From the NCBI GenBank assembly GCA_963845175.1, contig CAWJRI010000013.1:1-38187 (forward strand): a DNA stretch of 38,187 nt, given 5' to 3'. This stretch comes from an uncultured archaeon (GTDB taxonomy: Archaea; Nanobdellota; Nanobdellia; Woesearchaeales; CAIVOO01). Shown piece after piece: positions 1 through 8,266 of the stretch. Below the pieces are notes generated by a model. It saw nothing but the letters and a program-made list of their open reading frames with translations. It ran no database searches and was not told the origin of the DNA. Position 1 is the first letter of the stretch. Each line of letters opens with the position of its first letter. Made by a program: the position numbers and the translations under genes.

Positions 1-1162
1 CATAAGCGTTCGATCTTCGCGAGGATCGAGTCTGCCGTAGCGACCCAGACGAACGGCTTCGCCCTTTTGTTGTGAGCGGCGACGAACTGCTCGATCTTGT
101 CCACGAGGTCCTTGACGCTGCGGAAGGAGCCGCGGCGAATCGCCTTCTGGGTGATCAGCCCGAACCATCGTTCCACCTGGTTGAGCCAGGAGGCATAGGT
201 GGGGACGAAATGCGCATGGAACCTCGGGTGGCGAGCGAACCACGCCTTGACCTTGGCGTGCTTGTGCGTGCTGTAGTTGTCCATCACCAGGTACACATCA
301 AGCTCGGGGGGAACGTTGACTTCGATCTGCTTCAGGAAAGCAAGGAACTCTTGGTTTCGATGACGTGGCTTGCAGTCTGTTAGGATCTGGCCATTGGCGA
401 TGTCCAGCGCGGCGAACAGCGTCGTGGTCCCATGCCGCTCGTAGTCGTGCGTGACCCCCTCGACGTAGCCCAGCCCCAGGGGCAGTAGCGGCTGGCTACG
501 CTCCAGAGCCTGACACTGGCTCTTCTCGTCCACACACAGAACCACCGCGTTTTGCGGCGGATTCAAATACAAACCAACGATGTCTCGCAGCTTCTCGATG
601 AAAAACGGATCCGTCGAGAGCTTGAACGTTTCCTGGCGGTGCGGCTTCAGCCCGAAGGCCGACCACACACGGTGCACCGTAGACTTGGAAATCCCACTCT
701 GCTCGGCCATGTCGCGACAGCTCCACTGGGTCGCCCCTTCGGGCTTGCTGTGAAGTGTCTTGCTGACCAGCTCGGCCACCCGCTCGTCGTCGATGCTCCG
801 CGGGCGCCCGGATCGGTACTCATCGTAGAGCCCTTCGATCCCCTGGCGGACGAACCGCTCCCGCCACTTGCTCACCGTCTCCCGACTGACGCCCAGTGCC
901 TTGCTGATCGCCAAGTTCTGCGCGCCCTCAGCAGCCTCAAGCACGATTTTCGCCCTCATCACCAACCCATGGGGAAGGCTTTGGGATCTGGCGAAGGCCT
1001 CCAGTTGCTCCCGCTGCTGCTCATGCAGACTTACCCGTCGTGTCGCACTCACCGTTCGCATCGATGACCTCCCCGGGTGACTCTGACAGAAGCGGCGGGA
1101 ACAAACTACTAGACATAAGATAAGCTATTTATGGGACATGAACTTACGGGACACCACACTAG
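1..1162 (-). mobile_element. IS630-family insertion sequence (left end present, right end beyond window start)
   Basis: Contains the IS630 transposase. The putative terminal IR reads CTAGTGTGGTGTCCCGTAAGTT on the minus strand (1162-1141) and begins with the CTAG/TA site typical of IS630. The region is much more GC-rich than the rest of the window. Confidence 0.9.
3..1061 (-). CDS. IS630-family DDE transposase (stop codon just outside window; missing from ORF track)
   Basis: Manual translation from ATG 1061, preceded by GGAGG: MRTVSATRR...VSKWRERF...RSGRPR (HTH), VLCVDEKSQCQALER, HDYERHGTTTLFAALD, VMDNYSTHK, PTYASWLNQVERWF, KPFVWVATADSILAKIERL. Confidence 0.95.
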   Translation of the reverse strand, partial: MRTVSATRRVSLHEQQREQLEAFARSQSLPHGLVMRAKIVLEAAEGAQNLAISKALGVSRETVSKWRERFVRQGIEGLYDEYRSGRPRSIDDERVAELVSKTLHSKPEGATQWSCRDMAEQSGISKSTVHRVWSAFGLKPHRQETFKLSTDPFFIEKLRDIVGLYLNPPQNAVVLCVDEKSQCQALERSQPLLPLGLGYVEGVTHDYERHGTTTLFAALDIANGQILTDCKPRHRNQEFLAFLKQIEVNVPPELDVYLVMDNYSTHKHAKVKAWFARHPRFHAHFVPTYASWLNQVERWFGLITQKAIRRGSFRSVKDLVDKIEQFVAAHNKRAKPFVWVATADSILAKIERL

Positions 1163-1279
1163 GCTGTTCCTGTTCATGACCTTGATCCTCCTGTAACTAT
1201 TGGTTTGGTTCAGGAGGATCTTACATTAAAACACGGTATAACCTTTTCCGGCCGCCAGCATAGCTGGCGGTTAGGGATT

Positions 1280-1525
1280 CAATCTACAGAACCATTTGCG
1301 GCAAAAGGTTATAGCATATGTGCTCTTGACCCAGGCGCAAGCATGCTTGAGTTATACAAAAAAAATCTTTTTAGATATGCAAATGTCAGATACGAAATGG
1401 AATCATTCGAAACTTGGGCTTGGTCCGGGGCTCCGTTTGATTTGATAATCTCCGGGACAGCATTCCATTGGGTAGCCGAGACCGGCCATCGACAACTAAC
1501 AGACATCCTTCGTCCAAATGGCTCA
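1280..1525 (+). pseudogene. Internal fragment of a class I SAM-dependent methyltransferase
   Basis: ICALDPGASML...SFETW...FDLIISGTAFHW...ILRPNG are typical post-motif-I segments. The Gly-rich motif I and the C-terminus are absent. Confidence 0.7.
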
Positions 1526-1580
1526 GCACCACTACTTGCCTACCAGACTCCTTGATTGGACCGAGAGCCTGCTCGCGCTG
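1518..1580 (+). pseudogene. FRG-domain fragment (~20 codons)
   Basis: MAQHHYLPTRLLDWTESLL matches the FRG signature QH(Y/H)GLPTRLLDW(T/S). Confidence 0.7.
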
Positions 1581-2900
1581 CTTCATTTGAAGATGGTTAA
1601 CGCTCCTGTCGCAACTGTTTTCACGACTCACGCGACAATGCTCGGCAGGTCAATTGCATCGTCGAGAGACCTTTATTCAATTCTTGACAAGATAGACCCT
1701 GACAGGGAGGCTTACAATTACGGAATCTGGACAAAGCACCAGCTTGAGAAGCAGGGAGCTTTGCAGGCAGAGATATTCACAACTGTTTCAGAAATAACAG
1801 GGATAGAGGCAGAGCACATCCTGAAGAAAAAGCCGGATGTCCTGCTTCCGAACGGTCTTGACATGGAGGAGTTCCCGAGCTTTGAGGATGTCTCGATAAA
1901 GCATTCGGAAATGAAATTCAGGTTCAAGGAATTTATCCTCTACTATTTCTTTCCGTATTACTCATTTGACTTGGATGAAACATACATTTTATTCACGTTC
2001 GCAAGGTACGAGTTCCACAACAAGGGCATTGATGTGTTTTTGAAGGCGCTGGCGAAATTAAACAACAGGCTGAAGGAGGAAAACAGCAAAAGGACATTTG
2101 TGGCATTCTTTTTCATACCTGCCGGAATCAAGAACATAAAGCCCGAGCTTGTCGAGAACAGGGAATATTACGGAGACGTAAAAGAATCTGTTGACGAGTA
2201 CAAGGAAAAGATAAGGAATAACATACTGATAAATCTGCTTTCCCAAAAAAAGATTGCAAAGGAAACAATTTTTCCTGAGGAGTTTCTCTCGGAAACAAAG
2301 AAAAAGATACTCAGGTTTGCAAAGGGCGGAAAGCCGTTCATGTGCACGCATGACCTGTTTGACGAGGGGAGCGACCCGATTTTAAATTTATTCAGGGCAA
2401 CTGGGCTGGACAACATGGAGGATGACAGGGTTAAGGTTGTGTTTTACCCGACATACATGTCCGGCGCAGACGGCTTGCTTGACCTGAGCTATTACGACGC
2501 GATAATCGGCGGGCACATGGGTGTTTTCCCGTCAATCTACGAGCCGTGGGGCTACACCCCCCTTGAGGCAGGCGCGCTCGGAGTTGCGTCTGTCACAACT
2601 GATCTGGCTGGCTTCGGCAGGTTCATCAACCAGCAGCGGCCAAAGGACATATGCAACGAAACAAGCTGCGACCTGACGAAGGAGCAGGGAATTTTCGTGT
2701 GCAGAAGGCACAACAAAACAGAGGAGGAGACAGTTAATGAGCTGTTTGATGTGCTTTATTTCTATTCAAAGCTTTCAAAGGAGGAAAGAATAAATAATAA
2801 AATAGAGGCAAGGAGGCTGGCTGGCCTGGCTGACTGGAAGCATTTGTTCAATAATTACATCCAGGCGTACAACGCAGCTGTCGACAAAAAATGGAGCTGA
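1575..2900 (+). CDS. Glycogen synthase, GT3 family, 5'-truncated here
   Basis: VATVFTTHATMLGR, RYEFHNKGIDVF, DRVKVVFYPTY and GVFPSIYEPWGYTPLE are GT3 motifs. The normal N-terminal part is replaced by the FRG fragment. Confidence 0.9.
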   Translation, partial: ALLHLKMVNAPVATVFTTHATMLGRSIASSRDLYSILDKIDPDREAYNYGIWTKHQLEKQGALQAEIFTTVSEITGIEAEHILKKKPDVLLPNGLDMEEFPSFEDVSIKHSEMKFRFKEFILYYFFPYYSFDLDETYILFTFARYEFHNKGIDVFLKALAKLNNRLKEENSKRTFVAFFFIPAGIKNIKPELVENREYYGDVKESVDEYKEKIRNNILINLLSQKKIAKETIFPEEFLSETKKKILRFAKGGKPFMCTHDLFDEGSDPILNLFRATGLDNMEDDRVKVVFYPTYMSGADGLLDLSYYDAIIGGHMGVFPSIYEPWGYTPLEAGALGVASVTTDLAGFGRFINQQRPKDICNETSCDLTKEQGIFVCRRHNKTEEETVNELFDVLYFYSKLSKEERINNKIEARRLAGLADWKHLFNNYIQAYNAAVDKKWS

Positions 2901-3826
2901 GAAAGGATTATATTTTAGACAGGTGGGTGATTGTTTCAGAGGCAAGAGGGCAGAGGCCTCACGAATTCAAGGAGGTTGAAGCAAAGGAAACTTCTGTGTG
3001 CTTTTTCTGCCCCGGCAACGAAAAGATGACCCCGCCTGAGATTTCAAGGGTTGGCGACGAGAAAAACTGGAAAATAAGGATTTTTCCCAACAAGTTCGCG
3101 GCTGCCAAGGAGGAGGGCGTTTCTGAGATAAAGACGCACAACAGGTTTTTCACTTTCTCTGATTCATTTGGAAAGCATGAGGTTATTGTCGAGACACCTG
3201 ACCATTCAAAGCAGATGGCTGATTTGAGCGTTGATGAAATCAAGGAGGTCCTGCAGGTTTATGTTGACAGGATTAATGAAATCTCCAAGATTGAGGGAGT
3301 TAAGCATGTGAATGTCTTCAAGAACCACGGCGGAGAAGCTGGAACTTCCATTGTTCACTCTCATACACAGGTAATTGCAAACAACTTTGTGCCTTCGCTT
3401 GTCAGGGAGGAGCTTGAAGCAATCAAGAGGCATCATTCATGCCCCTACTGCGACATTATCAACATTGAGAAAGGGTCCTATCGCAGGTGTTTTGAAAATG
3501 AATTGTTTGCCGCTTTCACGCCCTACGCTTCAAGATTCCACTATGAAATTTGGATTTTCCCGAAGCATCACATTAATTCAATCACAAGAATGGACAATAA
3601 TCTTTTGTGGCACATGGCTGAGATACTGAAGAAAGTATTAGTCAAATTGAAGGAGCTGGGTGCGCCTTACAACTTTTTCCTGCATTACCACAATGACCCT
3701 GCCTACCATTTCCACATAGAAGTCTGCCCTCGCTTGGCGATTTGGGCAGGCTACGAACTTGGAACAAATGCCTGCATTAATTCTGTTACGCCAGAAGAAG
3801 CTGCGAAGTTCTACAGGGGAGAATAA
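2891..3826 (+). CDS. galT: GalT-family hexose-1-phosphate nucleotidyltransferase
   Basis: CFFCPGNE, IFPNKF, GKHEVIVETPDH, NHGGEAGTSIVHSHTQ (HxHxQ catalytic motif), HFHIEVCPR. The start overlaps the GT3 stop. Confidence 0.9.
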   Translation: MELRKDYILDRWVIVSEARGQRPHEFKEVEAKETSVCFFCPGNEKMTPPEISRVGDEKNWKIRIFPNKFAAAKEEGVSEIKTHNRFFTFSDSFGKHEVIVETPDHSKQMADLSVDEIKEVLQVYVDRINEISKIEGVKHVNVFKNHGGEAGTSIVHSHTQVIANNFVPSLVREELEAIKRHHSCPYCDIINIEKGSYRRCFENELFAAFTPYASRFHYEIWIFPKHHINSITRMDNNLLWHMAEILKKVLVKLKELGAPYNFFLHYHNDPAYHFHIEVCPRLAIWAGYELGTNACINSVTPEEAAKFYRGE

Positions 3827-3889
3827 ACTTCATTTACCCGTGACTTTAAATGGACCATCTACTATGCCACGTGGACCTATCAAATGATA

Positions 3890-5089
3890 CTATGGTGCAG
3901 GCTCTTCATAGCACAGATTCGGATTGTATGGTGCAGGCTCTTCATAGCACAGATTCGGATTGTTTTCCTTGAGAATATCCTTGTAAACAAAAGTCTTGAC
4001 GCGTTCATTTATGACAAATGGGTTGCCTTCGCCTATTATTTGTGCCATTGCTGAAAACTTTGTATCCATTGTATGCAAAAATTCAAGCAAATCAGTTATT
4101 TTTTTCTCACCGCTTGCCTCAACAAACATGTTCAGCTCCTCCGCTGTCGGCACAAGATTGTCTTTATCTATGTGATGTCCCCTGCATATTCCTTTCTGTA
4201 CAATCGAAACAAGATATGGCTTCTCATTCGGATTGTTTGCCTGCGCAAATTTAACAAACTTCATCCTTAAATTATCCGGGGCAAAAATCGCAAGAGAAGC
4301 GTAATTTGGGACGCAGAAAAGTTTATCATCTGCAGACCTAAAATCCCCTGCATAGTGCGAAAGAAGCTGCTCAATATATTCGTTGCTGAATTCATAGCCG
4401 CCTGTTCTCAGTCCGGCGTTGTCTATCTTCACATTTTCATTTATTTTGTCGCCGAGGTCTGTTTTCTTCAGAAGATTTTTAAGGTCTTTATTGTCCACCA
4501 AATCTATGAAATTTTCCTTTGGCACGACTGCGATTGGATTGAACTGCTCTGTGAATTTTAAGTAAGGCAGCAAATACTCAAGCGAATCCCTCATTCCAAT
4601 CCCGCGGAGATAATATCGCTTGGCAAGTTCGTTTGCCTCTTCAAGTGTCTTTGGCTGTTTAAATTCAGGCTCTGATTCTTTTTCTTCAGACATTTTTTCT
4701 TCAATCCCCCCTTGGTCAGCAATATTCATTATGTCTTTCATTGCTCTTTTGCTTATGATAAAATTTTCAAGCGCGAGATACCAGTTGCCTCCAATTATCT
4801 TGATTGCCCCTCCAATTGCCCCGAGCGATTCGAGAATTTTCTGCTTTGGCACCGGACCGATATATTCTTTGGCTCCAACAGGGCCGATGTATTTTTCTTT
4901 GCCTTTTCCAGAAGGAACAATTATCCTTACTGAAGGAATTTCTTCCCCTACTTTTTTCTTTTTTCCACCAAAAACTGCGCCGCCTTCTATTATCTCATTT
5001 TTTGCTTTTTCCATTTCTTCTTGAAATTGCTCTGGAGATTTAGAACCTGCATCTTCTGGTGGTTCTCCGGGTTCCATTGAGTTTGCCAT
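3890..5089 (-). CDS. Hypothetical protein, 399 aa
   Basis: Long ORF with host-like codon use and a TATA-like element upstream. No family recognised. Confidence 0.7.
   Translation of the reverse strand: MANSMEPGEPPEDAGSKSPEQFQEEMEKAKNEIIEGGAVFGGKKKKVGEEIPSVRIIVPSGKGKEKYIGPVGAKEYIGPVPKQKILESLGAIGGAIKIIGGNWYLALENFIISKRAMKDIMNIADQGGIEEKMSEEKESEPEFKQPKTLEEANELAKRYYLRGIGMRDSLEYLLPYLKFTEQFNPIAVVPKENFIDLVDNKDLKNLLKKTDLGDKINENVKIDNAGLRTGGYEFSNEYIEQLLSHYAGDFRSADDKLFCVPNYASLAIFAPDNLRMKFVKFAQANNPNEKPYLVSIVQKGICRGHHIDKDNLVPTAEELNMFVEASGEKKITDLLEFLHTMDTKFSAMAQIIGEGNPFVINERVKTFVYKDILKENNPNLCYEEPAPYNPNLCYEEPAP
3891..3962. repeat. Perfect 36-bp tandem duplication
   Basis: tatggtgcaggctcttcatagcacagattcggattg at 3891-3926 and 3927-3962; it duplicates NPNLCYEEPAP at the C-terminus. 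Confidence 0.95.
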
Positions 5090-5135
5090 ATTGCAAAGAA
5101 GTGCACACTTGTATTTATAGTTTACTTCTTAAAAG

Positions 5136-5270
5136 TAGATAAATATTACAATATTGTAAATATCTAACAAAAAGCCACAGGCCAAAGCCTGTGGCATTCA
5201 TTACAAAAAGCTTTATTGGGCAATCCGTCCTGTATTTTCAGATACAGGTATTCTGACGACTTTTTGTAAT
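5136..5270. repeat. Cluster of palindromes/hairpins in a divergent intergenic region
   Basis: TTACAATATTGTAA palindrome (5146-5159); GCCACAGGC-caaa-GCCTGTGGC (5174-5195); ATTACAAAAAG...CTTTTTGTAAT (5200-5210/5260-5270) enclosing CCTGTAT...ATACAGG. Confidence 0.8.
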
Positions 5271-5307
5271 AAAAAAATTTATATACTTATTAGTATTTAC
5301 TAACTCC

Positions 5308-5475
5308 ATGGTAAGATTTGTTTGCCAGAAATGCACTTTCAAGTTTAGTCCGAGGAATCCTGCAAACAGGGATCCGCCGTCAAAGTGCCCCTACTGCGAC
5401 ACACCGGGAAGCGTTCTTATCGAGCAGAGCGCAGACGAATTAGTGAAGGATATCGACGATATGATTGAGCGTTAG
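5308..5475 (+). CDS. Small zinc-ribbon protein, 55 aa (not in ORF track)
   Basis: MVRFVCQKCTFKF...SKCPYCDTPG...DDMIER has two CxxC knuckles. The ATG lies 23 nt after TTTATATA (5278-5285). Confidence 0.85.
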   Translation: MVRFVCQKCTFKFSPRNPANRDPPSKCPYCDTPGSVLIEQSADELVKDIDDMIER

Positions 5476-5480
5476 AAATT

Positions 5481-5864
5481 CTACAGATCTACAACAAGCA
5501 TCTTTGACCTGTGAACCTTGTCGAGAAATCCTGCTGCTGACCTTGTCGTCTTTATGTCTTTCATTCTCTCCTTTATGCGGTCGAAGAAACCCATCAATTT
5601 CCTGGTTGATTCATCTTCCTTGTCCATCCTTATCACAAGAATCTCGTCCCAGTCGCCTGTCAGCCCCATGTTGTTTTTCTTAGCAAGCGAGCGCATCTCA
5701 GTCACCATCTGCTCTGAAAGCGCTTCAGAGTCATTCAGGGCCCTTGAAAGCGAGACTTTCCTGTCAAGCCCATCATTGAAATAAAGGTTGAATTCAGCAG
5801 AATTATCCTTAATATTGAAGTCGACCAACTCTATCTTTTGGGGGATGACGTTCACTATTATCAT
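5481..5864 (-). CDS. Hypothetical protein (~127 aa; alternative start 5888)
   Basis: ORF with protein-like composition; no family recognised. Confidence 0.7.
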   Translation of the reverse strand: MIIVNVIPQKIELVDFNIKDNSAEFNLYFNDGLDRKVSLSRALNDSEALSEQMVTEMRSLAKKNNMGLTGDWDEILVIRMDKEDESTRKLMGFFDRIKERMKDIKTTRSAAGFLDKVHRSKMLVVDL

Positions 5865-5925
5865 TACACTAACGAATAGTGATGACATATAAAAATGTTT
5901 CGCTTGTTTTATATATGCTTGCTAT

Positions 5926-6474
5926 CTAAACCTTACTCATCAGCTTCTTGAAAAAAAAATTCTTGTCCTCAAGATACACAAAGAATGAAGTGACTCCATA
6001 GCCAAGAAGGCTGCCTGCCACCACGTCGCTCAGATAATGCACATCTAGATAAATCCTAGAAAAAGAGATTAATACAGCCAGTGCGAGCCAGCAGTACTTG
6101 AATGTCTTGAAATTCCTGTTTATGACAGGCACTGCTGAAAACACAGATGAAGCATGCCCGCTTGGAAAGCTGTATTTTGCTATTATTGTTGTCGGCCTCA
6201 TCCTTGGAATTGTCCACTGCATTGTCTGCATCAGAAGCTCTGAAATTCCAAGTCCAAGCAGCATCACAGGAATCCAGCGCTTCTGTCTTTTCCAGAGAAA
6301 AACTGCAACAATAAGTATCGGGATTAATATCCATGAGCCGATGAAACTGAATGCTGCCATCACGCTGTCAAGAATAGGGTTCCTGAAATTCTGGATTAGC
6401 AAAAAATATTTGTCAAGGAAAAAACTCAGCGCAAGAACAGCTGCCCAGATTAGGAATATCCATCTCTTTTTCAT
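5926..6474 (-). CDS. PAP2-family membrane phosphatase
   Basis: PRMRP, YSFPSGH and SRIYLDVHYLSDV motifs; several TM segments. Confidence 0.92.
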   Translation of the reverse strand: MKKRWIFLIWAAVLALSFFLDKYFLLIQNFRNPILDSVMAAFSFIGSWILIPILIVAVFLWKRQKRWIPVMLLGLGISELLMQTMQWTIPRMRPTTIIAKYSFPSGHASSVFSAVPVINRNFKTFKYCWLALAVLISFSRIYLDVHYLSDVVAGSLLGYGVTSFFVYLEDKNFFFKKLMSKV

Positions 6475-7343
6475 ATTTTTGTCAGCACAAGTGGCTTTTC
6501 GCCGACAACAACAGAATGCTCTGCCTGGCTGACCATCCCCTTGTTTTTCTCAATAAGCTGCGGATAAAGAATAAGCATCTTGTTCTTGTCCATCTCCTTC
6601 AATGCAAGATTCACCCTGAACTTCGGGAACTTGAACCATCTGGAGGCGAAAGGCAGTCCTTCATATTCCATCATCTGCCCCAGTATCTGCCTCGCTGTCA
6701 TGTCCCTCAGCGGTTTTAGTTGAATTAATTGGAATATTTCTGCGTTGTGTCCTTCGACAATCATCCCTGCGCCGTCTGTTGCGAACGGTTCAATTGCGAT
6801 TATCTGCCCGTCCTCAAGCTTTGTCTTGTCCTTGCTGTCATAATTTGGAACCGACGGCTCTGCGTGAAAATTATTTATCTCAAGCCCATGCCCTGAAAGA
6901 TTTCTGATTGGCTTGAACCCATATTTTGAAATTGTCTCCTCAATTGCTTTTCCGATTTCTCCAAGAGTTGTGCCTGGCGTTGAAAGTTTTATTGCATTTG
7001 CAAGCGCTTCTTCTGAAGCCTTGATTAATTCAGAGTATTTGCCTGACAAATCAATTGTGCAGGCTGTGTCTCCGATTGCTCCTTCATATACAACACCAAC
7101 ATCAAGCTTAACCAATTCGTCCTTGAATTTTCTTTCATCGCCTATTTCAGGCGTCTGGTGAGCTGCAACTTCATTGAGAGAAATGTTGACTGGAAATGCC
7201 GGCCTTGCGCCTTTCTTTACTATTTCTGCCTCTATCTTTTCTGCAACTTCAAGAATAGAAGCGTCTTTCTTAATCCAATTTTTGCCGAACTCCAGCACTT
7301 CAGCTGCTATTTTTCCTGCTTTTTTCCACGGTTCGAGGTCCAT
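6471..7343 (-). CDS. map: Methionine aminopeptidase type II
   Basis: AFPVNISLNEVAAHQTP, KLDVGV...GAIGDTA, NLSGHGL, AIEPFAT, VSQAEHSV. Confidence 0.97.
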   Translation of the reverse strand: MDLEPWKKAGKIAAEVLEFGKNWIKKDASILEVAEKIEAEIVKKGARPAFPVNISLNEVAAHQTPEIGDERKFKDELVKLDVGVVYEGAIGDTACTIDLSGKYSELIKASEEALANAIKLSTPGTTLGEIGKAIEETISKYGFKPIRNLSGHGLEINNFHAEPSVPNYDSKDKTKLEDGQIIAIEPFATDGAGMIVEGHNAEIFQLIQLKPLRDMTARQILGQMMEYEGLPFASRWFKFPKFRVNLALKEMDKNKMLILYPQLIEKNKGMVSQAEHSVVVGEKPLVLTKI

Positions 7344-7375
7344 GGACAGAATTATTTAATATTTCTTTATAAATT

Positions 7376-7870
7376 TTAGTAAATCACGCCAATCAGCACG
7401 CCGTTGACCTGGCTGAATCTCACTTTGCCGGGGTCAGCTGAGGGATTGTTGTCGCCCTTGACAATTGCATACCAGCCATCGCTGTCGTAACCAATTTCAA
7501 TTATTCTGTGGATAACGAGCCCACTAACATAAGGAGATGCGTAAGAAATGATGTCACCAGTTTTTAGTTCCGAGTAAGAAGCTGGCTTTATCTCTATCCC
7601 GTTTGAATCTGAATCAAGCAGAGGGTCCATTGATTTTGTGTCTGTGAATGAAGACCAGGAAGCGTCCGCAACATCCAAAACGACCTTGTTCTGGTAGACA
7701 TGGATCTGGTCCTCCTTGATGTGATCAGCAGGCGATAAAACATCCTGTGCTGTGCCAAAGAAAGGGAATGTTTTCAGCGCGTTTGAATCGTTTATGGTGG
7801 CAACTAAGCTTGTAGACAGCGCTCCTGCAAGGAAAACTGCTATAAAAGCTATAATTGTAAATTTATTCAT
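7376..7870 (-). CDS. Signal peptidase I-like (S26) protein
   Basis: N-terminal TM; TKSMDP (catalytic Ser), GDIISY, VIHRII (His), KGDNN..AD. Confidence 0.8.
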   Translation of the reverse strand: MNKFTIIAFIAVFLAGALSTSLVATINDSNALKTFPFFGTAQDVLSPADHIKEDQIHVYQNKVVLDVADASWSSFTDTKSMDPLLDSDSNGIEIKPASYSELKTGDIISYASPYVSGLVIHRIIEIGYDSDGWYAIVKGDNNPSADPGKVRFSQVNGVLIGVIY

Positions 7871-7949
7871 TTATAACCACCTTAGAACTAATCTATATAT
7901 TCCAGTATATAAATCTTTCTATTTTTAACCACTAAAGAGTAGTCAAGAA

Positions 7950-8057
7950 CTAAGCTTTAACTCTTTGTCTCTTCCGCTTCTCGCGCTTGATCCTTTTTTT
8001 CTGCCATTTCCAGCGCATCTGCCCTTTCTTTTTCCAGCGTCTTGAGCTTCGTTTCAT
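7950..8057 (-). CDS. rpl41e: Ribosomal protein L41e (eL41/eS32), 35 aa (not in ORF track)
   Basis: MKRSSRRWKKKGQMRWKWQKKRIKREKRKRQRVKA matches the archaeal L41e pattern. The ATG lies 23 nt after TTTATAAA (8087-8080). Confidence 0.92.
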   Translation of the reverse strand: MKRSSRRWKKKGQMRWKWQKKRIKREKRKRQRVKA

Positions 8058-8091
8058 ATTCATCACGGATTTGAGGTTATTTATAAAATTA

Positions 8092-8215
8092 TGCCCCGGC
8101 CGGGATTTGAACCCGGGTCATCGGATCGAAAATCCGAGATGATTGATTGTCCAAACTTATAAAAAAGTTACTTTCAAACTTTTCTAAAAAGTTTTCCGGA
8201 CTACACCACCGGGGC
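8092..8215 (-). tRNA. tRNA-Glu(UUC) with a 49-nt intron in the D-loop (8147-8195)
   Basis: Spliced sequence GCCCCGGTGGTGTAGTCCGG|TCAATCATCTCGGATTTTCGATCCGATGACCCGGGTTCAAATCCCGGCCGGGGCA. Splice motif: GTCC/GGAC helix, bulges GG|A and AA|T, AAACTT/AAGTTT stem. Confidence 0.93.
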
Positions 8216-8266
8216 GATAGTATCAAGGGCTAAATTCCACATTTAAAAAGGTTTTGTTTTGTTTGT

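Noticed and set aside
72-1080. Plus-strand ORFs (72-383, 552-1067, 868-1080) and minus ORF 496-726
   Set aside because: Shadow frames of the IS630 transposase.
1518-2900. Novel FRG-glycogen synthase fusion
   Set aside because: Only ~20 FRG codons, GT3 lacks its N-terminal part, and the junction lies in a mosaic region; most likely a chimera.
3891-3962. 36-bp repeat as a CRISPR array
   Set aside because: Two adjacent copies with no spacer, in frame within a CDS, and no cas genes nearby.
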